Positions 13,669-26,355 of a stretch of DNA of 64,000 nucleotides are shown here, one piece after another. Below the pieces are notes generated by a model, which was not told the DNA's origin, did no database searches, and saw only the letters and a list, made by a program, of their open reading frames with translations. The stretch lies in assembly GCF_009914755.1 (NCBI RefSeq), contig NC_060932.1; one strand, written 5' to 3'. The first letter of the stretch is position 1. Each line of letters starts with the position of its first letter. The translations under genes were made by a program, and so were the position numbers. The stretch is from the human T2T-CHM13v2.0 reference genome, Homo sapiens.

Positions 13669-13826
13669 TCCTTTGCTTGGCTGTTGCAGTAATGAATGTC
13701 TTCTTTTTTCTTTTTCTTTCTTTCTTTTTTTGAGACAGAATCTTGCTCTGTTGCCCAGGCTGGAGTGCAGTGGCACAATCTCAGCTCACTGCAACCTCCA
13801 CCTCCTGGGTTCAAGCAATTCTCCTG
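13669..13826 (-). mobile_element. Partial Alu with tail and unique flank: inverted copy of 15125-15288
   Basis: The reverse complement matches the 14939 Alu's 3' part, its tail, and the unique flank aagacattcattactgcaac(a)gccaagcaaagga. Confidence 0.9.
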
Positions 13827-14224
13827 ATTCGGACGAGAGTCCCAGCGTTGCGGTGGCTTCCTCATTGGTCTCCCTGGGTGGGTCTCATGACTCGGTTCCT
13901 GCCAGGCTCAGCCCTTCTGGGCGATGTCCTGAAGCAGCACCACTCTAATCTGTCACACCCGTGTTTAGAAATATTCAAGCAGCTGCATTACCTTCCAAGC
14001 CAAGTCCAAATTTCTCAGTTTGGAACTCAATGTCTTCTACAATTGCTTCCCAACTTACCCTTACAGTTCACTCGCTCTCCACCTCTTGGGCAAACAATAA
14101 ATTGATAAGTTAAGTGCTTTACATTTCATCCTAATGATATTCCTATAAGATGTGTGTTATTATCCTTGTTTTTCAGATGAAGAAATTGAGGCACATTAAG
14201 ATTGACTTGCCCTAAGTAACCCAA

Positions 14225-14657
14225 TGTATTTAGTTTCTTGGGGCTGCTGATATTACCATAAACTCGATGACTTAAAATAACAGAAATGTATCCTCTTCCA
14301 GTTCTAGAGTATAGAAATCCAAAAATCTTGATGTTGGCGGGGCCATGCATCCTCTGAAGGAGTTAGAGGAAGATCCTTCCTTGTCTCTTCAGCTCTGGTG
14401 CTTGTAAACATTCCTTGGCATTGCAACCCCAATCTCTGCATGGCCTTCTTCCCTCTGTGTCCCCTCTGTGTCAAAATCTCTCTTCTTTCTCTTATAAAGG
14501 CACCACATATTGGAATTAAGGTTCACCCTTAATCCAGGATGATTTCGTTCTGAGATCCTTAACTAGTACATCTGCACAGACCCTATTTCCCAATAAAGTC
14601 ACATTCTGAGGTTCAAGTGGACACAAATTCTGGGGGAAGACTGTTTAACCCACTACA
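14225..14657 (-). mobile_element. MaLR solo LTR (MLT1B/C-like) inserted in a MIR
   Basis: TG...CA ends; perfect 5-bp TSD cccaa (14220-14224 / 14658-14662). Confidence 0.88.
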
Positions 14658-14938
14658 CCCAACAAGTAAGAATTTGAAACTAAATCTCTCAGGCTATCAA
14701 GCGTCATACATTAACACCTTCACTTAACGCCTCCCAGAAAGCTCCCGGCCAAATTGGACTTCTCTCATTTTTCTATATAGATTTTTCCCTTTCCTGCCTC
14801 TCTGTCATTGCTCATGCTATTTTCTTTACATAGGCCAGTTTTTCCCTTTTTCTTCCTTTCAACCAATCCTACCTGTGGAAATCTTGTGTAGTCTTCAAGA
14901 TGAAGCTCAACATCACTTCCTCTAAGAAGACATCCATG

Positions 14939-15315
<377 letters not shown>

Positions 15316-16369
15316 TTACAGCACATGTCTCCGATGGCCCATATTATCTTCAACCTCACGTTCTAGGTTTCTGTGCAGTTGTCTCCATTCCCTACTACAT
15401 CTGCTTCCTGCCACTGTTAACTATATTACAAGCACCTTAAAGGCAAAACTGCCTCCTCCCACCATGTGTTCTCCACAGTACTTTTCTTAAGCCGGAGCTC
15501 CACAAATTTGCCCAAGTGAATTTAGAATCATCTGCATCTTTCTCTGCATTGAATAGTTCATGTATTTGTAAGCAAAAATGTAGGATGCTTAAAAACTCAC
15601 CTTTCCCCAATGCTCCCACTTTTCCCAACTGGAATTTTTTAAATGGCCCAATTTTCTTTTCCACATCTAACTCAATCATCTTAACAAACGTTTTCATCAT
15701 TTGAATTTTATCTAATGAATAAAAATTGAGTCCCTTCCTGGTATAATCCTCTCACAATTTCTTTATTTTCTTCCTATCACCAGTGCTACCTCCTTTGGCT
15801 TTTCAGGACAAATTTATTACTCTTGAGATCTCTGAGGATGAGGATAATATCTTAGCCATCATTATATTCCCAGCAGCTGTTAGCACCTGGGTGTCCAATA
15901 ATATTTGAAGAATGCATGAATGTGTGAAGGTGTGGATGCTGCACTAGAGCAGGCAGAGTCAGTGCTGTCCCTGAGATGATGACATAACTTTTGCAGGTCT
16001 CACATAATCCTTACCACAACCCTATGAGGTGGGCATTCTTCCCATGTTACAGATGGGAAAACTGAGGCTATGAGATAGTAAAGAACTTGACTCTTGGCCA
16101 CACATCCAGTAAGTGATGAAACCAGATTGAAACCCAGGTTTGTCTAACCCTGGAGCTAAAGCTCTTAACCAAAAATCCTCTTGGATTGGATTGCAGCTGG
16201 CATTATCCTGCCCTGCTTCAAGCCAAGGGAATGTGATCATGACAACCTTGAACATACCCTTAAACCTGGAGCCTTGGCATCTGTTGGCCATTTGGTTGGG
16301 AAGGTCTAAAAGAAGTGATGAGGAAGCTTGAGATTGTGAGAAAAATAGTGTAAAGAATATATATGCATT

Positions 16370-16395
16370 TTGTGTGTGTGTGTGTGTGTGTGTGT
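16370..16395. repeat. (TG)n microsatellite
   Basis: About 12 TG units. Confidence 0.9.
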
Positions 16396-17151
16396 CTGTG
16401 TATTCTGTGTATAGGATGATACCTGGGGATGAAACAGGCTGTGTTTATAGGAAAGTTTTGGAGATAAGAATATACAAATGACCAGGAGTCACAGGTGGAC
16501 CTCAGTCCTAGCTCAGACACTTAGCATCTGAACAAACTTGGACAAGTCATTTATCCACCTGAACTGGTTTGCTGTGAGATGGCCTACTGACCTCACATAG
16601 GTGTTGGGAGGATCTATGAAGCTCAAGAAGAAAGTTCGTAAAATCCCAGTATATGCAGTGCGCTGCACTGATGAGTAGAAGGGTAAGGAGGAACAGAGTG
16701 GTGGTCCCTGATTCAAAGGAGTTTCCATTCAAATTAGGGGAAACAGACATGTAAAACTAACTCTAAATGATACAGAATAGAAAATGTGCAACCATGAAAA
16801 GGAAGATCTCTTGAGCTCTTTACTGTATGGCAGGTTAAAAGATGGTAATCTCACAAAGATGTTAACCTTACCAAGTGGGTATTATTAGCAATCCCATTTG
16901 GTAGATGAGAAAACTGATAGCTAGAAACCTTTAACCTTTACTCCAAAGCCATGTTGCTAAATTCCACAGCCAAAATTCACCCCAGATCTATGTAACCTGA
17001 ATCTTTACTTGTATCATCTCCCCATGCTATTGCCTTGAGCAATTCTAAGATGCAAAGTGCAGAGAGATGGGAACCTTTGTGCTCAACTTGGAAAAAGGGG
17101 AGAAAGGGCAATGAAAACAGAGCAGACACCCTTTAAAACTGCGTGGCTTTA

Positions 17152-17454
<303 letters not shown>

Positions 17455-18119
17455 TTAGGGAATGTCTGAAGTCCCATGATTGTCACCATCAGTGTGTGTC
17501 TCACTACAAACTCAAAAAGCTAGGGAGAAGAGAGTGAAATAGGGTGCATATAGGGCCAGAGAAGATGTGAAGGGAGAACACCAGAAGTTCCATTCCAGCA
17601 AAAGGGCTGCATACGGCCGCTGGATAGATGCCAAGTGATTAATGTCAAGCCATATTAATGTCAGAGAGGAGAATTTGGTGAAAGCTTTGCCTGGCTAGAT
17701 CTCAGGCTGGAAATCACTAGCTTCCTTTATTTTATTTCCCCCTAATCCTTTATAACTTCCTCTAATGCCTTAGTCAAGCTTAAGACCATCAGCCTCCAGG
17801 GAGCAAAGTGAAGCCCATCTGTTCAGTCAGGCATTTGCCAGACCAAAGTAAAAGGTCAATCTGGCTTTTCCTATAACAGCATTGAGATGACCCCAAATAC
17901 TTCCCAACGGTATCAGCCAAAAACAACTTTGCATTACCGTGAATCGTGATTTCAAAGCAGAGATGTCAGGGATATCCTTTAAAACGGATAATGACTGGGC
18001 TATTGCTAGTGAGAAAAAGAAAGAAAACAATAGGCATATGTCTCTTTGGAATGTGCTTGCTCTAAAGGCTGTATAAAAATAATCCTAATCATCTTGTTTG
18101 GGGAGGAAAATCAATCAAG

Positions 18120-19182
18120 AATGCCTTTTTTCAAATATTTTATTTCTTTTATTATAAGACATATAGGTAAAAACTTGCATATTTTGAAAAAGATAGAAAA
18201 TGGTAATAAAATGGATATTTTTCTTATTAAGAAATATGTTCATAAATATGCTTTATCAAATGTTAAAATGGTTATTTTGCAAAATAATAATAAATAGAGC
18301 AGAGCTGTGACATACAAGGGTCAACCAAAGTACTGGAGGTTTTTATGCTATATGTTTTATGAAAATTCAGACTTCTGATTATACATTAAAAATTGACATT
18401 TTGCACTACAGGGTATCAATAATTCTGATTTTAAAAATATTTTTATGATGGCTCCATGAATTCAAAAATAATAAAACATAAAAGGTGGTTTGACTAAATA
18501 GAATCTGATTCAAATAATTTCCCCCTAAATAAGAAATTGTAAGATATAATTTTTGAGCCTATAAGGGACACATGTATCAGTTCCCAATTCTATATGTCTC
18601 GGTGGGCATTGAACAAAAATTGTTTGCTAAGCCTTTGTTTCCAGCAAGGTCCACATCATTTCTTTTCACAGTTTGATGGAGCAATAATAGTCACGATTCT
18701 GATGAGCCTAGTTCTACAATTCTAGCTCCATGGATCTTAGATTCGTAGAAAGTTTTCCCTCCTTTGAAGAAACTCATTGACAGCTTTCTTATATTTGTTT
18801 ATGACTCATTGGCCTCAAAGTCACATATCAGAACACTGGGAAAAATTTTTAATGATGAAAAGTTCTTGTTCTAGGCATTCTTTGTAAGCTTTACTTCCCT
18901 ACTATCCAAAATAGAAGAAACACATGTGAACACCAAACACATCCTCTAAAGAGTCTTGGGTGTTCAAATAGCAAGGTCAGGCTTTTCCTGGAAATAAATA
19001 CTGACTTTTTACAAAAATCTTTCATTTCCCATGCATCATGTTGCCCACAAGGCTAATACGCTAGCTCCCTGCTACAATGGGGGAAACCACATCTAACTTA
19101 AGTATTCAATCTAATATAGATTATTGGTCCCAATGGCCTTCAACAACGGCCATCAAAGGGACATCTGGGTGACCCTGGGTTC
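18120..19182 (-). other. GEM: GEM 3'UTR, AU-rich
   Basis: About 1.05 kb of AT-rich, repeat-free sequence after TAG. ATTTA pentamers at plus-strand TAAAT 18243, 18291, 18495, 18526 and 18995. Confidence 0.85.
18139..18153 (-). terminator. Tandem AATAAA polyadenylation signals of GEM
   Basis: Plus-strand TTTATT at 18139-18144 and 18148-18153, followed on the minus strand by U/GU-rich sequence (ttcttgattgattttcc). Confidence 0.8.
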
Positions 19183-19460
19183 CTAGAGTACAGAGAGGTC
19201 ATGGCAGGATTTGGACTTGAGCTTGAAGGCCATATTCTTGTTGTTTTTGGCCACGATCTTGCCCCAGAAGCGCCTGGCTTTCCTGGGCATGCTCTCCTTC
19301 CTTTTCTGGTAGGCCAGCCGCCGTTCATTCTTCTCCTTGCTGTCCCGCCGAAGGCGCACCTGTCGCACAATGCCCTCAAACAGCTCCTTCACGTTGTGCT
19401 GGACAGCTGCAGAGGTCTCGATGAACTTGCAGTCAAACACCACTGCACAGGCTCTCCCTT
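19183..19460 (-). CDS. GEM: GEM coding exon 5 (last exon): G5 motif and basic calmodulin-binding C-terminus
   Basis: cttcccag|AAGGGAGAGCC; ...FIETSAAVQHNV...ARRFWGKIVAKNNKNMAFKLKSKSCHDLSVL-TAG; 278 nt. Total CDS 331+77+205+278=891 nt. No CAAX box, as is typical of RGK proteins. Confidence 0.98.
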
Positions 19461-20891
19461 CTGGGAAGGAAAGAAAGAGGTCAGAGGGACTGCAGAGCAC
19501 AGTCCCACATAGCACACAGTCAAGCTGGATGGTTCTTCGAGGTAACACTAAGTCAGCTGTATATGCAGTGGATAGAGGATGCTGCTGCGGCACGGGCCTC
19601 CCAGGGCATGAATAGAAAATGTCTCACTGGAGGGTCCCTGGAAGTAAGGGAGATGGGCTTTAGATCTGATCCCCCATAAATTCACTGTCTGAAGGTCCCA
19701 TTTCATCAAATATAGTGATATTAGTTATAACAGTAAAAGCCATACCCTTAATTTACTGCTGACTTACAATGTGCCAAGAACAAGGCTAAGTTCTTTATAA
19801 ACACTGTTTTCAATGTCCACAACAATCTTGGAAAATACATTATTATCCCTGTCAAATACATGAAGAAACCGAGGGGAGTCTCCTCTGCAGGTGAAGTTCA
19901 CACAGCCTGTAAGTGGCAGTGAAGCCAGGTCTGCTCAGTTCTCAAGCCCATACTCAACTCTTTCTCCTGACCCAGTTTCCAGAATTGGAAATAAGAATTC
20001 TACTGCTTAGCTTTCCTCTCTTTTAAAATAAAAATAAAAATAAAGCAATAATGAGATATCTTGGGAAAAAATTGAGAATTTTACAAATGTGTAATACAGT
20101 TAAATTATACAAGCTTTTCTGGGACAGTCTCAATTTCAAGTATTTCATTGCATTCAATGACCATGCATCAAGTTTTGGTTTGGAAAAAAAATGATTACTG
20201 TAGACAGTTGTGTCCTAGTAGGAAGACATTCCCAAACTAGTGTGTACATTGTCTTTATCAGGTGTCTTTCCTCCTGAGCAGGGCCTGGCAATGTAGTATT
20301 TTAGTTTTATAATTGTACCAGGGATCAAATCTGAATTAGGCCAGTAAAATCTCAAGGGCTATAAAAGCACTTGGCTGCCCACTCAGCAGATAGAGATTTT
20401 CCCTGAGCTAAGTATGAAGAAGAATATGTGACCCCATCAGACTGATGCCTCAAATGAAATTTCAGAAGCCAGGGATGGGGAGTAGGAGAGTAGGACAGTG
20501 TTTCTAGGGCTCACAGGAACCAGAGTCAGCCAGAGTAGAATTCTTTTTCCTCAATGAAACTCTTTCTCACAGTTCCCCTAAATCAGAGTTCCCTATCCTC
20601 CTTGCATGAAGATGCTACTTTCATTTCCCTGTACTCTTGGGAATTCCAGGAAACTCCTTAAAAGCGGGAGGATTAGTATCCTGCAGGTAGACCAGATGGA
20701 CAAGGGAGAACAACTAGTGTGGAGGAGACCCACTGGGACTGTAGGAGTCTGAGAAACACACCTAAAATTTCATATAGCATCTTAATGAGTTCCTAGATCC
20801 AGCCTCGTGGAAGGAGGGAAGAACCCGTGTCTGAAGGAAAACACATGTGATCCAGCGATTGTTTCTACAGTATTGGCTCTGCTCCTCTTAC

Positions 20892-21096
20892 CTGATACAG
20901 ACACTTCTCGGCACCGCACTAAGTCACTTTTGTTGCCAACCAAAATTATGGGAATGTCCTCTGTCTGCCGGGCCCTGCGGAGCTGGATTCGCAGCTCAGA
21001 TGCCTTCTCGAAGCTCGCTCGGTCTGTGATTGAGTAGACAATCAGGTATGCGTCCCCGACCTGCATGCAGTGGTCATGGAGCCATTCATTTTCCCC
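20892..21096 (-). CDS. GEM: GEM coding exon 4
   Basis: cattag|GGGGAAAAT...GTATCAG|gtaaga; 205 nt, GENEWLHDHCMQVGDAYLIVYSITDRASF...IILVGNKSDLVRCREVSVS (G4 motif NKSD). Confidence 0.98.
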
Positions 21097-21908
21097 CTAA
21101 TGAAACAATAAGATCTTCTGTGAGTTCAGTTAGGCCTGGGGAATAAAGCATCAGTTTGCAAAGAAACAATATGTGTATCCTAAAGTACACTTGCTGATAG
21201 GAAAAATAGGAAAAAGGAAGAAAATCGCTTCCAACTCCCTAAAAGCATTGGTCTTCTATGCCTATAAGATGTCTGGTGGCTGTAAAGATTGCTAGCCTGT
21301 CCAGTATTTATGCCAAAAAGTTTTCACTTTTCAGTATCTTCTACAGCTTGATTTGATAAATTACACAACTTCTCTGCCAAACAGCATTTCCAATTTCTAT
21401 TTAATCTACCAAAAATGAGCCTTTTCTGACTTCCCAAAAACTCCCTTTTGCCTTTTCCAAGTGATGAGATTAAGAACACTTTTGTGGGACTAGGAGGGTT
21501 TTCAATTAACAGAAGTCTAGCACATAGGTTCTGAAGCTTTTTAAAATCTTTAAAAAGCCAATGTTGAAGACTGGTATTGAGAATCTCAACTTCATATGAG
21601 ATGGATGTATGTTATTTAAAATAACAGTCAATGCCTGTTTGTATTTTCCCTAAAACAAATAAACTTTTTGGGTGTGTTTTTTAATAGAACTAAAGGCAAG
21701 TCACTACAACTTGCTTGTTATTCAGAACTCATCTGTGAACGACCTGTTCCTTAGAACAGTCTCATTCTTCAGCAGTATGCTTTTAATCAAGAAAATGAGC
21801 CCACCTCATCTGGAACACCTACTATATAGGACAAGGTCACCCTTGCACCAAACAACTTGTTGAAAGGAAAGCCCTAAAGGAATTTAGAGAGCTACAGGCT
21901 CTGCATAC

Positions 21909-21985
21909 CTTATTTTCCCACATATCCAGGAGTATAATCGTTGCACTTTCCCCATCAACCATCAGGGTTCGTTCATATGTATCTT
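21909..21985 (-). CDS. GEM: GEM coding exon 3
   Basis: ttctctag|AAGATACA...GAAAATAAG|gtatgc; 77 nt encoding (E)DTYERTLMVDGESATIILLDMWENK, which includes the RGK-specific DxWEx G3 variant. Too short for the ORF track. Confidence 0.97.
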
Positions 21986-22929
21986 CTAGAGAAGAAAGAA
22001 CAAAGATATTGGAGTCAGGCGAATATGCAACACTTCTCCATAAGAGGGTCAGGTAGAAAATTGTGCTAGAACATAAACTTACTAAATATGCAATTAATTA
22101 TGTAAGTATACAGATATTTTCAAAGGCAAATTACTATTTTTTGTCACCTTCAACAACATTCTACATATAATTCCTCCAGTCCTTATCCAGCAGAACGTCT
22201 CTCTCGAACATGTGTCACTAAACCACATGGAGTAAAAGGCATTTGTTTGCATCATTCCTGGACCTTTTGTATGGCAAAATCATTTGTGAGGATAAACTTA
22301 CTCAAGAGCTTTTGACTCAGATTCAATGGTTAATGCTATGAGGAAACATTAACCACCCAGTGAAACTGTAAGCCACATTTTCATAAGTCCATTGTACCTT
22401 TCAGTGGGTAGTTACTGAATACTCACTAGCAATTTCAGGAGCTTTGGGCTCAGAGACATTGCTCCTCTTCGGACAAGTGCAAGAATGAATCTTGAGACTC
22501 TCCCTGTTTTGGCTGTAGTTTTCTTCCTTTTTTAAAAAAAAATGCTGTTCCCTAGGAATAAGTGGGCTTGTTTTTCCATCTTGAGTATAATAGAAATGCA
22601 GCCTCCAGCTCTACTTGGTAATGGAAACTTTCCTCCCTGCACTTGAGCCCAGATCTTGTGTAGGTGAAGGGTGAACACAGTACAGTACAATGGGCCAAAG
22701 CAGTTCCAGCCTGGAAAATCCATGGGGGGCAGGCGTAGAAAAGGGGTACAGTGGGATTTTTGCAAGTGGGATTTCCCTCATCCCAATACCATTGAGCCCA
22801 TCCCCACTCTATTTTCACAATGAGGTTTCCTGTTTTGAATTTCATCTTTTGAAAATTATGACTTTCATAATGATTTATCATTTTTCTTCTGTTCTTTTTG
22901 TCTAGAATCTTTTCCCTCAAATACCCACA

Positions 22930-23215
22930 AGGCCTGTTTCCTTACCTCCCTCTGGGGGAGGTGCTTCCTGGCCATCCATTTAAAATTGCAACACTTCTAT
23001 CCCACAATATTCCTTCTCTGCTTTATGTTTCTCCATCTCACTTATTGCCACCTAACATACAACACATTTAACTTACTTATTCTATTATTTTCTGTCCCTC
23101 CTGCCCCTCTCGTAATGTTAGGGCAGACATTTGCATCTATGCTGTTTACTGTGTCCCCCAGCACATTGGTACATTGCTGGTGCACAATAAAGTTTGTACA
23201 GTGAACGAATGATAA
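22930..23215 (+). mobile_element. L2 3' end fragment
   Basis: tgctttatgtttctccat...tgtttactgtgtcccccagcac...caataaagtttg...gaatga; boundaries approximate. Confidence 0.6.
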
Positions 23216-23219
23216 ATAT

Positions 23220-23435
23220 AGCATTGTGGCTGTGAAAACAAGCAAACCTGAATTCAAATCCAGGTGCCATCCCTTATGAACTCTGGGGGTCTACGCAACT
23301 TAGGCTCTCTGAGCCTCAGTTTTCTTCATCTGTGCAATGGGATTGATAATAGTACTCACACCTTAGGGCTATGTGACAATTACCTGTATTAAGCCTGGGC
23401 ACAAAGTAGAAACTCAGTCAGTGTTAGCCATTATC
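23220..23435 (+). mobile_element. MIR
   Basis: MIR core ctctctgagcctcagttttcttcatctgtgcaatgggattgataatagta. Confidence 0.75.
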
Positions 23436-24810
23436 ACTTCTTCAGGTGAAGGAAGCTGGTTCTTGCCATACTCAGCACTTCCTCACTACAGATAAATCCT
23501 AGCTTAAGAGAGCTACGTTGGAACCAGGGCACTTCTTGTTTTACAATAGCGAGCAGTTTACGAAAAACACTGCTCCTGGTTTAATGCTTCATCATCTAAG
23601 AATTGGAATCAGGAGAGGTTTCCCTTCCTTAGAGAAGGAAAACTTGGACAAATAAGAAGAGAGTTAACCAGGCATGGCCCTGTCTTTCTGTGAGTTTCCC
23701 CACCTCCCACAGCGTCATTCTTCTAATCAGTAAGTGTTTGCCCTTGGGGAATTAAAACTCTGTCTCGCCCATCGTGTGCCTGCTCACAATATGCAGAAGG
23801 AATGAGATCACAGTGGGACTATTTGGATTACCAGGGGTAGAACCTCACAACCTCAACCTGTAAATTAGACAATGCAAGGGAGACTGTCAGAGCCTGAGCA
23901 GCACAGAACGGGGATGGCCTGACTGCTGCTTCCCACCACAGGGTTCTTAGCTCTTCTCTAAAACCCCTCCCTGCACTCAGACAACTCCTTCAATGATGGA
24001 GGAACTTTCTCAGCCCACCACTCAGGTACAGGGGACTCGCTTGAGTGCCCAGTCATTCAAATAGAAACATACTGTGTTCCAATCGCTGACGGAAAAGGAA
24101 AACCCAACTTTCTCCTGGCTTAAGAGATATCAGAACAAGTCTAGAGAAAAAGTGGACTAAGGATCACAGCCATGAAAGTAAAAACATGCTTTCCCGTTCT
24201 AGAAGCTTCCTGACAGGATCATTCTGTCTGATCTTACCTTTGCCTGAAAATTACGGTGTTGGAGGCCTGGGAGGCTAAAACAATCCATCTCCTCCCTGCT
24301 CAGCACGTGTGCTCCCCACTTTACCCCCCACCCCAGTACATGAGTTTAGATACGGCCTCTGGCTGTGTGCACCAGGACCCTTCCAGCACACATGGCATCC
24401 CGACTGAAGGCTCTCCCCTAACCAGGTGCAAGCCTGGGAGTAACCAGAGCTCCAGGTTTCTCTTCATCTAAGTTGCTCAGCTCATCTTTTATCCTTTTCA
24501 AGTGCTAATCAGGTGAGAAGAAGGGAAGGAAAAGAATACCAGACTCTAGGAGAGCTCTTTGAAATCTGCTTCCAGTAAAGGTGTGGAGAAAGGTTTGGAT
24601 ACTGATTAGTCTCTGTGAGGCTTTTCCGTAATCTGGGTCTGGAGACACCCCTACTTCTCCAGTGCACTGGAAGAAAGCTGGGGTGTCTGTGCACACTCTA
24701 TGTAGCAAAAGAACTCATGCTGATGGGGACAGACAGACGTTCTATAAGGGGTGATGGTGGTCAGTAGCCACTTTCTCTAGACCAGTTTGTCTTTCCTCAT
24801 TTGATCCCCC

Positions 24811-25306
24811 TGACAGACTCTCTCCCTGACCAAACTTTAGTCAGGCTCCTCTGAATCCTCTTCTCTACCCGGCCTCTCCCTGGGCTTCCGTTTCCATCCT
24901 GGCAGAATTCAGCTTTAGCAAGAATCCTGCTAAGTCAGTTTAGTGAGAATCCCCCACCTTCAATATCTGATCAAATTCCTCACCCACCACCTCTGATAGT
25001 CTAAGTCCTTGGCCTGACTTCAGCAAGAATCCCCCTAACCTTGACGTCTCCTCTTAGTAATTTTCCATCCTCTGACCCCCTCCCACCTGCTCCTTGGCCT
25101 GACTTCAGCAAGAATCCCCCTAACCTTGACGTCTCCTCTTAGTAATTTTCTATCCTCTGACCCCCTCCCACCTGCTCCTTGGCTAAGTGCCCACTTGTTC
25201 TTCTTGTACTTGGAATTGAGCCCCATCTCTCCCCACTATTGGGATGCCTACTGCAATGGCCCTGAATAAAGTCTTCCTTACCATGTTAATAATTTTTTCG
25301 TTAACA
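24811..25306 (+). mobile_element. ERV1 solo LTR (MER31/MER67-like) in GEM intron 2, antisense to GEM
   Basis: tgacagactctctccctgaccaaactttagtcaggctcc...aataaagtcttcctt...ttaaca; TG..CA ends; 4-bp TSD-like cccc/ctcc. Confidence 0.75.
25006..25183. repeat. 85-bp tandem duplication inside the LTR
   Basis: Units start at 25006, 25091 and 25176 (partial); the two full copies differ at one base. Confidence 0.95.
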
Positions 25307-26011
25307 CTCCTTGTGCTTGGAAGTGAGGCCCCTTCTGCCCAAGACTGGCTCAAGTGCTGTGTGTGTGTGAAACCCGCCCAAGTGTTCTCTCACTGCCAGA
25401 ACTGACTCCTGCAGCACCTCTAAAGTTCTGAGACTCCAGCATCCCTCTCCCTGAAAACTTTCAACTGCTTCCAGCTTTCATAGCTCAGGGGATCCCAAGG
25501 AACCTCAGAAGAAATGCCTGCTCTACAAATACTGTCCTCTACTCTACTGGCCCCGGTCCCCTCTGGACAGCTCCACGGGCCCCAGCCAACAGTGACCAAA
25601 GTGGACAGGGGCCACAAGCAAGGAAACCACCACTTTTGAAAGATAAGCACATCAAAAGGAAATGGTAGATTCAGAATCAGCTCTAACTAATGCTCATTTC
25701 GTACTTACTATGTGCCAGGCACCATGCTCCATGCTCAACATGTTATATCCTTTAATCCTCGTAACACCCTATGAAGGAGGTATTACCCCAATTACACTAA
25801 TGAGGCAGCTTGAGGAGGCTAAGTGGCTTGTCCAAGAGCACCCAGCCAAGTCAGTGTCAGAGCTGCGTCTAAACCCATCATCAAACCCCAAGCCCAATGA
25901 GACTTCCGTACTTTGCTATATATGTGTGGTGTGCCTTCCCACCTAGCTCAGGGCTTCCAAATCCTAGTTGTCCCTAGGGTCCAGTTCAGAGACCATCTCT
26001 TCCATGAAGCT

Positions 26012-26355
<344 letters not shown>

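Noticed and set aside
19461-19593. N-terminal extension of the 136-aa ORF upstream of exon 5
   Set aside because: It is intronic, includes the polypyrimidine tract and starts at a non-ATG codon.
20782-20891. Exon 4 ORF extension into intron 4 (alternative C-terminus)
   Set aside because: The CAG|GTAAGA donor is strong, and a 36-codon open run is unremarkable.
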